From Candidatus Omnitrophota bacterium (GTDB taxonomy: Bacteria; Omnitrophota; Gorgyraeia; Zapsychrales; JANLHA01), in assembly GCA_020632535.1 (NCBI GenBank), contig JACKFJ010000008.1, positions 463 through 64,462 on the forward strand: 64,000 nucleotides of DNA. The letters are read 5' to 3'. Of the stretch, positions 42,181-51,077 are shown piece after piece. Made by a program: the position numbers and the translations under genes. Position 1 is the first letter of the stretch. Each line of letters starts with the position of its first letter. The notes under the pieces were generated by a model. That model had not been told where the DNA came from. It ran no database searches and was given only the letters and a program-made list of their open reading frames with translations.

Positions 42181-42840
42181 TTGAAAATTTGTGTTCTTAT
42201 TCCCGCTCTTAATGAAGAGAAAGAAATCGGCCGTATTGTCACGGAAGTTCGCGCCAAAGGGATTGATGTGATTGTTATCGATGATGGATCCATGGATCAG
42301 ACCGGATCAATTGCCAAAAGTAATGGCGCGATGGTTTTTCGTAATGATCAGCGTCATGGTAAAGGGTTTTCGCTTAAGCGAGGATTTGCGTATATTCTCG
42401 AGCAAGGTTACGACGGGGTGATTACGATGGACGGAGATGGTCAACATGCGTCCGAAGATATTGATCATTTTATTGTCGAAGCTCAGGGAAAAAACATGTG
42501 TTTGATTAATGGCACACGTATGGGCGATCCGAAGGGCATGCCTTTTGTTCGGCGGGCAACCAATCGTTTTATGTCGTGGCTGATTTCGTGTCTTTGTCGA
42601 CAGCGCATTGAAGACACCCAATGTGGATTTCGTTATGTGAGCGCGGATATTTTGCGTCAGATCACATTGGTTTCAAATGATTTTGAGATCGAAACTGAAA
42701 TGCTAATGAAATCATGCCGTACCGGTTGCCGCGTGGTTTCCGTCCCTATTCAGACAATTTATCGTGATGAAAAAAGTAAAATTCGGCCGATTAAAGACAC
42801 CTTTCGCTTTGTGGCGTATTTGTGGCGGGAATTATGTTAG
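42181..42840 (+). CDS. glycosyltransferase family 2 (polyprenyl-phosphate sugar synthase-like)
   Basis: TTG start; ICVLIPALNEEKEIGRIV, VIVIDDGSMDQT, DGDGQH, QCGFR. Confidence 0.8.
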   Translation: MKICVLIPALNEEKEIGRIVTEVRAKGIDVIVIDDGSMDQTGSIAKSNGAMVFRNDQRHGKGFSLKRGFAYILEQGYDGVITMDGDGQHASEDIDHFIVEAQGKNMCLINGTRMGDPKGMPFVRRATNRFMSWLISCLCRQRIEDTQCGFRYVSADILRQITLVSNDFEIETEMLMKSCRTGCRVVSVPIQTIYRDEKSKIRPIKDTFRFVAYLWRELC

Positions 42841-43550
42841 GAAAGAATTTTGATGCTCTTGGGGATCGTATTCTTTATTTGACATTGTTGGGGTCGTGTT
42901 TGCTTCATGGTCTTTTTCTTTTAGTATCGTATTTTATTGTTTCCGCTCCCGCTAAAAATGCTGTTATGGCAATGGAAATTCGCTATCATTCTAAGCCGAA
43001 ACCCGTTGTCGAGGAGAGACCGGCGCAAATTGCCAGTGTTTCGGACCTTAAGGAATCACGACAAGCCGCAAAGCCTGTTACGCGCAGTATTATTGAAAAG
43101 CAATTGTCGGCGGCAGCTTTTTTGCGGGACGGTAAGCGCATATCTGAAAGTATTGAAGTTCCTGATAAGCAGCCGCTCAAAATGGCTAATTTGATTGAAA
43201 AGCGAAGTATTACCGTGCCTAGGGTCGCGAGTCAGAAAATCACTAACCCAAAGTATGTCGGTTATAATGATCGTATTCGCGACAAGATTCGAAATCGCGC
43301 CTATTTCTATATTGATGATCCTAAGTTTGAGGCTGGGGAAATTTATTTGACTTTTGTTGTTACCGCGGATGGAAATTTGAAAGACCTTCAGATTATTAAT
43401 GAACGCAGCCGAGCAAATGATTATTTGCGCTCGGTTGGATTGCGTAGTGTCAAAGAATCAAGTCCATTCCCACCCTTTCCTTCAGACTTGCAGTACCCTG
43501 AGCTCTCCTTTAATGTGATTATTTCATTTGAAGTCAGTCACAAAGATTAA
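42822..43550 (+). CDS. TonB-like energy transducer (N-terminal TM anchor, C-terminal TonB_C domain)
   Basis: TM helix LYLTLLGSCLLHGLFLLVSYFIV; C-terminal GEIYLTFVVTADGNLKDLQIINERS...SSPFPPFP. Start could be ATG 42834. Confidence 0.7.
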   Translation: MAGIMLGKNFDALGDRILYLTLLGSCLLHGLFLLVSYFIVSAPAKNAVMAMEIRYHSKPKPVVEERPAQIASVSDLKESRQAAKPVTRSIIEKQLSAAAFLRDGKRISESIEVPDKQPLKMANLIEKRSITVPRVASQKITNPKYVGYNDRIRDKIRNRAYFYIDDPKFEAGEIYLTFVVTADGNLKDLQIINERSRANDYLRSVGLRSVKESSPFPPFPSDLQYPELSFNVIISFEVSHKD

Positions 43551-43771
43551 AGCAAAATGACTTTGTGGTTAAGGAGTGATGAGTCAGTCAATTTGATTTT
43601 AGTATCAGTCCTATAATGATTGAAACCCTTCTCAGTGAAGGGTTTACTTCCCTGATTTTTGAAATCAGATCTGTTGCCAGCTGCCTTTTTTACTTGAAAG
43701 TTTTGAGATTAGCCCGCTTTTACGACGCTGTAAATCGTAAAATAAAGAGTGTTTTTAAACTTACGTCGCGA

Positions 43772-43800
43772 TTGACAATCATTCTATGGAATGGTATTCT
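43772..43800 (+). promoter_or_regulatory. sigma70-like promoter upstream of the DUF1844 gene
   Basis: TTGACA (43772-77), 17-nt spacer, TATTCT (43795-800); 52 nt before the ATG. Confidence 0.4.
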
Positions 43801-43851
43801 AAGCGACATTTAAGAAATTAAAAATCATTTGTTCCTGAAAGGAAATCATAT

Positions 43852-44265
43852 ATGGATCGTGAAAAGCATGTTGATGAATCGTGGAAAGATGCGGTTTCGG
43901 GTGAAAAGGAAATTTTAGCTGGCGGTGATCATGATCACAAAGAAGGTGATGGGTGTGGTTGCGGACATTCTCACGAGCACGCTGAGGGTGAAGAACCTAG
44001 CGATTCAATGGAAATCAACTTTATCAATTATATTTCCAGCTTGGCATTTCAGGCTTTGATTTTTTTGGGTGAACTTCCTAATCCACTCGATGACAGTAAA
44101 ATGGAAAAGAATTTGCCGCAGGCGAAGTTTCTTATCGATACATTGATTATGATTCGTGAGAAGACCAAGGGTAATTTGACGCCGGAGGAAGATAATCTTA
44201 TTTCGGCTACGGTGTATGAACTGCAAACAAAGTTTGTAGACCTTCTTAAAAAAGAAAATTCATGA
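43852..44265 (+). CDS. DUF1844-family protein with His/Cys-rich insert
   Basis: INFINYISSLAFQALIFLGELPNP and AKFLIDTLIMIREKTKGNLTPEE match my recollection of DUF1844; insert GGDHDHKEGDGCGCGHSHEH. Confidence 0.7.
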   Translation: MDREKHVDESWKDAVSGEKEILAGGDHDHKEGDGCGCGHSHEHAEGEEPSDSMEINFINYISSLAFQALIFLGELPNPLDDSKMEKNLPQAKFLIDTLIMIREKTKGNLTPEEDNLISATVYELQTKFVDLLKKENS

Positions 44266-44417
44266 TTGACCAAGACCTCTTGAAAATTTTGGCTTGTCCG
44301 GCTTGCCGCGCCAGCGTTGAGCATAAAGAGGAAAAGATTGTTTGTGTTAAATGTGGACGCCGTTATCCAATCAAGAATGGTATTCCGGTCATGCTTGTTG
44401 ACGAAGCAGAAAAATAG
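44262..44417 (+). CDS. Trm112/UPF0434 (YcaR)-family zinc-ribbon protein
   Basis: 51-aa ORF below ORF-track cutoff: MIDQDLLKILACPACRASVEHKEEKIVCVKCGRRYPIKNGIPVMLVDEAEK; ATGA overlap with the upstream stop. Confidence 0.8.
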   Translation: MIDQDLLKILACPACRASVEHKEEKIVCVKCGRRYPIKNGIPVMLVDEAEK

Positions 44418-44436
44418 CTGATTTTTACATAATATT

Positions 44437-44874
44437 ATGAAGAGAATTCTTGTCATTCATGGTCCTAATCTTAACCTTCTCGGTCAGCGCGAAAAGGATA
44501 TTTATGGTCAGACCACTCTCGAAGAAATTGATGTACAATTGCAAAAACTTGCCAAGACGCACAGCGTCGAACTTTTAACCCTGCAATCGAATCACGAAGG
44601 TGATATTGTTGATAAGATTGGTAGCGCCAAGAAAGAAGGCTTTGCTGCGATTTTGATTAATCCGGCCGCATACACGCATACCAGTGTTGCGATTCGGGAC
44701 GCGATTTTGGCTGTTAGTTTGCCGACTGTTGAAGTTCATCTGTCAAATATTTATAGTCGTGAAGATTTTCGTCACAAATCCCTTGTCGCGCCGGTTGCTC
44801 ATGGCCAAATCAGTGGATTTGGGGTTAATAGCTATCTTTTGGGTCTCCAAGCTGTGCTTGGGATCATCAAGTAA
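44437..44874 (+). CDS. aroQ: type II 3-dehydroquinate dehydratase
   Basis: [45 protein letters not shown]. Confidence 0.95.
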   Translation: MKRILVIHGPNLNLLGQREKDIYGQTTLEEIDVQLQKLAKTHSVELLTLQSNHEGDIVDKIGSAKKEGFAAILINPAAYTHTSVAIRDAILAVSLPTVEVHLSNIYSREDFRHKSLVAPVAHGQISGFGVNSYLLGLQAVLGIIK

Positions 44875-44893
44875 TTATTGTCGTGAGGTTTGA

Positions 44894-45940
44894 GTGTCAG
44901 AGCGTTTAAGGAAATTTCAGGATCTGCTTTCTTCCCACCGTCTACACAGTTACATCCATACAGACGATACTAATATTAAATATTTGACTGGATTTCCATC
45001 ATCGGAATCCATTCTCATGTCATTTCCCACAAAATCTGTGTATATAACCGATTCTAGGTATGAAGAAGAAGCAAGAAAAGGATTAAATGGCATTAAAGTG
45101 GAGGTTTATGCCCACAATATCTATAAATCAATATTTGATATTTTATTGCAAAATAATGCTCAGAACGTCGGTTTTGATGATCGACATCTCTCTTTAAATC
45201 GTTATAGGCAGTTTCAAAAGGCTTGTCCTAAAGGTATTAAACTTGTTTGTGTTAATGATCTTGTTGAGACAATGCGTATTTCAAAGGTTAAATCTGAACT
45301 TGATCAAATTCGGAAGTGTTTGAGTTTGAATTTAGACGCTTATAAATATCTTAAGCGTGTTATACGGCCCGGTATTACCGAAAAGGAAGTTTTGTTGAAA
45401 TTGGAAAATTATGTCAAACCTAAAGGTGCTGGGTTTTCGTTTGACCCGATTATAGCTTCCGGTCCTAATTCGGCATTTCCACACGCCCGTGTTACCAATC
45501 GTCGTATCCTCAATAATGAGCCGGTGTTAGTGGATATGGGTATCGATATTAATGGTTATAAGAGCGACTTGACACGTATGTTCTTTTTAGGTAAAATGAC
45601 CAATCTTTACAAGGAAATTTATTCTGCGGTGAGTCAGGCTCAGAGTAAGGCGATCTCGAAAATTCGAGCTGGCGTTAAAGCCGCGGACGTTGATTTTGCG
45701 GCACGTAACTATTTAGAAAGTTTAGGTTTAGCAAAATATTTTGGTCATTCGCTTGGTCACGGAGTGGGGCTAGATATCCACGAAGCACCACGTCTTTCGG
45801 GACAAAGTGGTGTGGTTTTACAAGAGGGTATGGTTATTACAGTTGAACCGGGAGTTTATCTCCCGGGCAAGTTTGGTATAAGGCTTGAGGAAATGGTTTT
45901 GGTTAAAAAAACCGGTTGCGAAGTTCTCAGCAGGCCATAA
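44894..45940 (+). CDS. pepP: Xaa-Pro aminopeptidase (M24B)
   Basis: GTG start; FDPIIASGPNSAFPHA, VLVDMG, GHSLGHGVGLDIHE, VEPGVY, EE metal-ligand pattern. Confidence 0.88.
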   Translation: MSERLRKFQDLLSSHRLHSYIHTDDTNIKYLTGFPSSESILMSFPTKSVYITDSRYEEEARKGLNGIKVEVYAHNIYKSIFDILLQNNAQNVGFDDRHLSLNRYRQFQKACPKGIKLVCVNDLVETMRISKVKSELDQIRKCLSLNLDAYKYLKRVIRPGITEKEVLLKLENYVKPKGAGFSFDPIIASGPNSAFPHARVTNRRILNNEPVLVDMGIDINGYKSDLTRMFFLGKMTNLYKEIYSAVSQAQSKAISKIRAGVKAADVDFAARNYLESLGLAKYFGHSLGHGVGLDIHEAPRLSGQSGVVLQEGMVITVEPGVYLPGKFGIRLEEMVLVKKTGCEVLSRP

Positions 45941-45963
45941 ATTAAGAATTAGGGTAATTATTT

Positions 45964-46530
45964 ATGACAATTTCAATTAATGATATTGAGTCCGGTATAG
46001 GTCTTAATATCAATGGTCAAGTTTTTATGGTTATGGAGTATCAACATGTGAAGCCGGGTAAAGGTTCCGCTTTTGTTCGCGTCAAGATGAAAAGTTTGAC
46101 CACCGACGCTGTTTTAGAGCGTACTTTCCGTACTTCCGAAAAGCTTGATGACATTGAAATCCAAGAACGCGAATTAGAGTATCTTTATTCTGATGGAACA
46201 GCGCTTCATTTTATGGATCATACGACGTATGAAGAGGTTACAGTCAGTCGTGATCTTTTAGGGGACGCGGAAAAGTTTCTTTTAGAAAATCTGACAGTCA
46301 CTGGAATGTGCTACGATAATAAAATCGTCAAAGTTATCTTGCCCAATTTTATCATTTCCCGTATAGTTGGATCTGAGCCTGGGATTCGCGGTGACTCGAC
46401 CCGTGCCGGCAATAAGCCTGCGACGATCGAAACCGGCGCGACCGTTCCAGTTCCTCTTTTTATTAACGTAGGCGATTGGGTTAAAATCGATACACGAAAC
46501 GGTCAATACGTTGAAAGGGTGCAGCGATGA
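45964..46530 (+). CDS. efp: elongation factor P
   Basis: VMEYQHVKPGKGSAFVRVKMKS (modified-lysine loop), three OB-like domains. Confidence 0.95.
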   Translation: MTISINDIESGIGLNINGQVFMVMEYQHVKPGKGSAFVRVKMKSLTTDAVLERTFRTSEKLDDIEIQERELEYLYSDGTALHFMDHTTYEEVTVSRDLLGDAEKFLLENLTVTGMCYDNKIVKVILPNFIISRIVGSEPGIRGDSTRAGNKPATIETGATVPVPLFINVGDWVKIDTRNGQYVERVQR

Positions 46531-46991
46531 ATTTGAAGGAAATTAAGGAAATCATCGGCTTGATGAATGAAAATGATTTGACTGAAATTGAAGTGGAAAG
46601 AGAAGGTTCTAAGATCAAAATCAAGCGTGCTTCGACAGAATTTGTCGAGACTGTCGTGCGTCCTTCGCCGCCGCATTATAAAGTTGAGACTCAGCCGGCT
46701 AATCAGGCTGGTGGTTCGCCCGCGGTTTCCACGGAAGTATCCGGAAAACTTACTAAAAATATTACTTCTCCGATGGTTGGGACATTTTATCGGTCTCCGT
46801 CACCGGAGTCGCCATCATTTGTAGAAGTCGGCCAAGTTGTTGAAATCGGACAAGTGGTTTGTATTGTAGAAGCTATGAAACTCATGAATGAAATTAAATC
46901 GGAAATTCGCGGTAAGGTGGTTGAAGCTAAAGCGAATAATGCGGAACCGGTTGAATTTGGACAAGTCCTTTTTGTTGTTGAACCCGTCTGA
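46527..46991 (+). CDS. accB: acetyl-CoA carboxylase biotin carboxyl carrier protein
   Basis: SPMVGTFY, biotinyl-lysine motif VEAMKLMNEI; ATGA overlap with efp. Confidence 0.95.
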   Translation: MNLKEIKEIIGLMNENDLTEIEVEREGSKIKIKRASTEFVETVVRPSPPHYKVETQPANQAGGSPAVSTEVSGKLTKNITSPMVGTFYRSPSPESPSFVEVGQVVEIGQVVCIVEAMKLMNEIKSEIRGKVVEAKANNAEPVEFGQVLFVVEPV

Positions 46992-47039
46992 GATTAGCTA
47001 AGAAAGCTAATTTCGTTAATTGTTGCCTTCCTGTCACCT

Positions 47040-48401
47040 ATGTTTTCAAAAATCCTTATAGCTAATCGTGGTGAAATTGCACTTCGCGTAATTCGTGCGT
47101 GTCGAGAACTCAACATCAAGACTGTTGCGGTATATTCCGAGGCTGACGCGACGTCTTTGCATGTTCGTTTTGCAGATGAAGCGGTTTGCATTGGTCCGGC
47201 TCCTAGTTCTGAAAGTTATTTAAACATTCCGGCAATTATTTCTGCGGCCGAAATTACGGATGTGGAAGCAATTCATCCTGGATACGGTTTTCTTTCCGAA
47301 AATGCCCATTTTGCCGAAATTTGTGAATCTTGCAATATTTCTTTTATTGGGCCGACGCCGGAAACAATTCGTTTGATGGGTGACAAAGTGCAAGCACGTG
47401 AAACTGTTCGTAAGATTGGAGTGCCTTTGACGCCGGGTGGAAAAGGTGTTATTAAAAATCAGCAGGAAGCTCTTAAAATTGCCAAGGAAATAAAGTATCC
47501 TCTCATTATCAAGGCGGCGGCAGGAGGTGGCGGAAAAGGGATGCGTGTTTGTCATAATGACGTAACATTGACAAGTTCATTTAACATCGCGCAAAAGGAA
47601 GCGGAAGCGAATTTTGGTAATCCAAATGTTTATATCGAAAAATATATCGCGGATCCACGGCATATTGAATTTCAAATCCTTGCTGATAAGCATGGCAATG
47701 TCATTCATTTGGGTGAACGTGATTGTAGTATTCAGCGTCGCCATCAAAAGCTTTTAGAAGAATCGCCTTCAACGGCATTGGATTCTAAACTCCGCAAAAA
47801 AATGGGCGAGACGTCTGTTAAGATCGCCAAGGCCTGTAATTATCGCGGTGTTGGTACAATTGAATATCTTTTGAATTCCAATGGCGAATTTTATTTTATG
47901 GAAATGAATACTCGTATTCAGGTTGAGCATCCGGTTACAGAAATGGTTACAGGCATTGATCTGATAAAGGAGCAAATCAAAGTTGCTTCTGGTGAAAAAC
48001 TTAAGATTAAACAAGATGATGTTAAAATGAGCGGTGCCGCGATAGAATGTCGTATCAATGCTGAGGATCCAAGTAACAATTTTATGCCGTCTCCGGGGAA
48101 AATTACCGAATTAAATCTTCCCGGTGGTTTTGGCGTGCGAGTTGACACGCATATTTATTCTGGATATGCCATTCCACCGTTTTATGATTCGATGGTGGCA
48201 AAACTGATTGTTCACGACAAAACGCGTATTGAAGCGATTCGCAAAATGCGCCGCGCTTTAGAAGAATTTTATATTAGCCCGATTAAAACTACGATTGGTT
48301 TGCATAGCGAGATTTTGGATCATCCGATGTTTGTGGAAGGCAAAGTTTCTACTCACTTTTTGGAAAAGATGGTAAAATCTGAGACGGAGGCGCCGAAATG
48401 A
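47040..48401 (+). CDS. accC: acetyl-CoA carboxylase biotin carboxylase subunit
   Basis: [20 protein letters not shown]-grasp [23 protein letters not shown]. Confidence 0.97.
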   Translation: MFSKILIANRGEIALRVIRACRELNIKTVAVYSEADATSLHVRFADEAVCIGPAPSSESYLNIPAIISAAEITDVEAIHPGYGFLSENAHFAEICESCNISFIGPTPETIRLMGDKVQARETVRKIGVPLTPGGKGVIKNQQEALKIAKEIKYPLIIKAAAGGGGKGMRVCHNDVTLTSSFNIAQKEAEANFGNPNVYIEKYIADPRHIEFQILADKHGNVIHLGERDCSIQRRHQKLLEESPSTALDSKLRKKMGETSVKIAKACNYRGVGTIEYLLNSNGEFYFMEMNTRIQVEHPVTEMVTGIDLIKEQIKVASGEKLKIKQDDVKMSGAAIECRINAEDPSNNFMPSPGKITELNLPGGFGVRVDTHIYSGYAIPPFYDSMVAKLIVHDKTRIEAIRKMRRALEEFYISPIKTTIGLHSEILDHPMFVEGKVSTHFLEKMVKSETEAPK

Positions 48402-48757
48402 CAGGATTTAATAAAATTGATTCAGGATTGATCAATTATCATAATCATGTGATTGCTGATATCGCGAAAGCGGCGGTCGAAGAAGTTGATGGTGTAACTT
48501 TGATTCCACAGGATTTTAGTGACACGATGCTTGAACTTTTAGGAGCTAAGCGCTGTTCAGGCGTTGAGGTTCATGTTGACCGTGGAGCTAATGCCGTATC
48601 GCTTGAAGTCAAAGTGCGCGTTCGTTATGGTTTAAATATTCCTGATACAGCCTTACATGTGCAGGAGATGATTCGCGAAAAGTTTGACCAGCTTACCGAT
48701 ATTGATTTAAGGGATGTTAATGTCAATGTTCAGGGAATTGAGAGGGGTGCGGCATGA
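48398..48757 (+). CDS. Asp23/Gls24-family envelope stress protein
   Basis: [15 protein letters not shown], typical Asp23 alternating beta pattern; ATGA overlap with accC. Confidence 0.8.
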   Translation: MTGFNKIDSGLINYHNHVIADIAKAAVEEVDGVTLIPQDFSDTMLELLGAKRCSGVEVHVDRGANAVSLEVKVRVRYGLNIPDTALHVQEMIREKFDQLTDIDLRDVNVNVQGIERGAA

Positions 48758-49416
48758 GGTTGATTACAAAACTCGCGATTTTATTTTATGGCGTTATGAT
48801 TTTAACGTTAGCTTGTTTTCTGGGGCTTTTTGTTTTGCATTTAATCAGTTTGGCTGATGTGATTTTCCTTGCCGAGACTGTTTATAATGATCATCAGCTT
48901 CGTATGATTGCCGGATGCGGAGCGCTGTTGATTTTTTTAATAAATTGGTTTTTTATCGAGGCGATTTCTGGAAAAGAGCAGCGTGAAAAGAATATCGCAT
49001 TCGATAATCCGGTTGGACGTGTCACGGTGTCTTTGATTGCGATGGAAGATATGGCCCGCAGGATTTGCTTGAAATTTAGTGAAGTTAAGGATGTTCGCGC
49101 TGTGCGGATTAAAGCCACGAAGCGTGGTTTGGATGTACGTTTGAACTTAGCTTTATGTAGTGATGTGAAGATTCCAATGGTGACTGCGAATCTTCAGGAA
49201 ATTATTAAGCATAAAATTATTGAAACAATGTGGGTCAAGGCGCAGGAGCCATTTGTGATCGGTGCTACAACCGGAGGCATTGAAGAAAAGGTTACGGTTC
49301 GCATTGATGTCACTCGCATTGTTGGTAGTGATAAAAGATTAAGTGATAGTGAAAGTACTCTTAAATCGGTTAGTAATTTACAGCCGACCGTGCCGTTTCA
49401 GGGATATCGCGCCTAA
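48754..49416 (+). CDS. membrane protein with Asp23-like domain (AmaP-like anchor)
   Basis: Two N-terminal TM helices, then GRVTVSLIAMEDMARRI...VKDVR; ATGA overlap with the Asp23 gene. Confidence 0.6.
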   Translation: MRLITKLAILFYGVMILTLACFLGLFVLHLISLADVIFLAETVYNDHQLRMIAGCGALLIFLINWFFIEAISGKEQREKNIAFDNPVGRVTVSLIAMEDMARRICLKFSEVKDVRAVRIKATKRGLDVRLNLALCSDVKIPMVTANLQEIIKHKIIETMWVKAQEPFVIGATTGGIEEKVTVRIDVTRIVGSDKRLSDSESTLKSVSNLQPTVPFQGYRA

Positions 49417-49469
49417 TAAGACTGTTGTGTGCATAGAGATATTGAGTTAAATAAAGGCAGGTTGAATTA

Positions 49470-50492
49470 ATGAAGAAAATAGGCATTTTGACTGGTGGCG
49501 CAGATTGTCCGGGTTTGAATTCTGTTATTCGTGCCGTTGTGCGTAAAGGTATGCAAGAAGGTTATGTCGTTGCTGGCATCAAAAATGGCTGGCTTGGTCT
49601 TGTTGAAAATGATATGCGTATTCTTGATATCCGTCAGACATCCGGCATCCTTGATAAAGGTGGTACGATTCTGGGGACCAGCCGCGTTAATTTATTAGAT
49701 CAGCCTGATCAAATCCAACAACTTTCCGAAAATTATAAACGCAGTGGGTTAGATGCCTTGATTGCCGTGGGAGGAGAAGAAACTTTAAAAATCGCTCTTA
49801 AGCTTCATCAAGATGGCCATATTAAAGTTGTGGGTGTTCCTAAATCTATTGATAACGCACTTTCGGGGACTGATTATGCTTTTGGTTTTGATACGGCGGT
49901 TAATGTTGCGACGGAATGCATTGATCGTTTGCACACGACAGCGGAAAGTCATCATCGCATTATTGTTATTGAAGTCATGGGGCGGTATACGGGATGGATC
50001 GCTTTGGAAGCAGGGATCGCCGGCGGGGCTGATGAAATTTTAGTTCCGGAAATCCCAACAGATTTGCGAAAGATTTGTGAAGATGTCAAAGCTCGTCATC
50101 GTCGCGGTCGTAACTTTAGTATTATTGTGGTTTCGGAAGGCGCCTCGGTTTTTGGATATAATAAAGAGGCTGTTCCTCAAGGTGAGCGTCGTCGATTTGG
50201 TTATGTGGGCGAAATTGTTGCCAAAATGATTGAAGAAAGCACTGGCTTTGAAACTCGTGTCAGCGTTCTAGGTCACATTCAGCGTGGCGGGACTCCGACG
50301 GCATATGATCGTATTATCGGAACACAGTTTGGTGTTAAGGCGGTTGATTTAATTAAACAGGAAAAGTTTGGTCAAATGGTGAGTTTGCGTGACGGTAAAT
50401 TACAGTCTGTAGATATTGCGGAAGCGGTTTTGACGCGAAAAAAGATTGATATGGAGTTATACGAGTTGGCAAAAGTTTTCTTTGCCTCATAA
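49470..50492 (+). CDS. pfk: 6-phosphofructokinase, probably PPi-dependent type
   Basis: KKIGILTGGADCPGLN, GGEET, PKSIDNA, MGRYTGW, GHIQRGG; Lys at the E. coli Gly124-equivalent position. Confidence 0.88.
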   Translation: MKKIGILTGGADCPGLNSVIRAVVRKGMQEGYVVAGIKNGWLGLVENDMRILDIRQTSGILDKGGTILGTSRVNLLDQPDQIQQLSENYKRSGLDALIAVGGEETLKIALKLHQDGHIKVVGVPKSIDNALSGTDYAFGFDTAVNVATECIDRLHTTAESHHRIIVIEVMGRYTGWIALEAGIAGGADEILVPEIPTDLRKICEDVKARHRRGRNFSIIVVSEGASVFGYNKEAVPQGERRRFGYVGEIVAKMIEESTGFETRVSVLGHIQRGGTPTAYDRIIGTQFGVKAVDLIKQEKFGQMVSLRDGKLQSVDIAEAVLTRKKIDMELYELAKVFFAS

Positions 50493-50498
50493 AAGGAC

Positions 50499-51071
50499 AT
50501 GATGAAAGATCGAATTAAGAAAAATTTTGAGCAATCAATTGAAGTTAAGAAATTGAGTCTTGAAAAGAATTTGGACGTTATAGAAGAAGCCGTAAAGCTC
50601 GTTACAAAATCTTTGAATGCCGGTGGTAAAATATTGATCTTTGGGAATGGCGGTTCCGCGGCCGACAGTCAGCATATTGCCGCGGAATTTATCGGTCGTT
50701 TTGTGAAAGAGCGACGGGCGCTTCCAGCGATTGCTTTGACGACAGATACCTCAGCATTAACGGCTCTTGGGAATGATTATTCTTTTGACATCGTATTTAG
50801 TCGTCAAATTGAAGCTTTGGGTAAAAAGGGCGATGTGGCCATCGGAATATCAACGAGTGGTAATTCTAAAAATGTTTTGGAAGGCATTCAAAAGGCTAAG
50901 GATTTGGGATTAATAACGATTACGCTGACTGGAAATGATGGCGGTAAACTCGCACCCCTGTCGGATTTGAAGCTTATTGTTCCGTCGAAGGTTACGGCTC
51001 GCATTCAAGAATCGCATATTCTTATGGCACATACAATTTGTGAATTGGTTGAAGAGCAGTTTAGTCAGTAG
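50499..51071 (+). CDS. gmhA: D-sedoheptulose-7-phosphate isomerase (SIS domain)
   Basis: ILIFGNGGSAADSQHIAAEF, ALTTDTS, GISTSGNS. Confidence 0.88.
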   Translation: MMKDRIKKNFEQSIEVKKLSLEKNLDVIEEAVKLVTKSLNAGGKILIFGNGGSAADSQHIAAEFIGRFVKERRALPAIALTTDTSALTALGNDYSFDIVFSRQIEALGKKGDVAIGISTSGNSKNVLEGIQKAKDLGLITITLTGNDGGKLAPLSDLKLIVPSKVTARIQESHILMAHTICELVEEQFSQ

Positions 51072-51077
51072 AAATTT

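Noticed and set aside
43616-43813. 65-aa plus-strand ORF in the large spacer
   Set aside because: It has no SD, its ATG is formed by the TATAAT-gat context, it spans three hairpins and a promoter-like element, and the peptide has no recognisable features. It is treated as non-coding.
44049-44456. 135-aa minus-strand ORF
   Set aside because: It is antisense to the DUF1844, Trm112-like and aroQ 5' regions, which all have recognisable products. Its sequence is nonsense-like.
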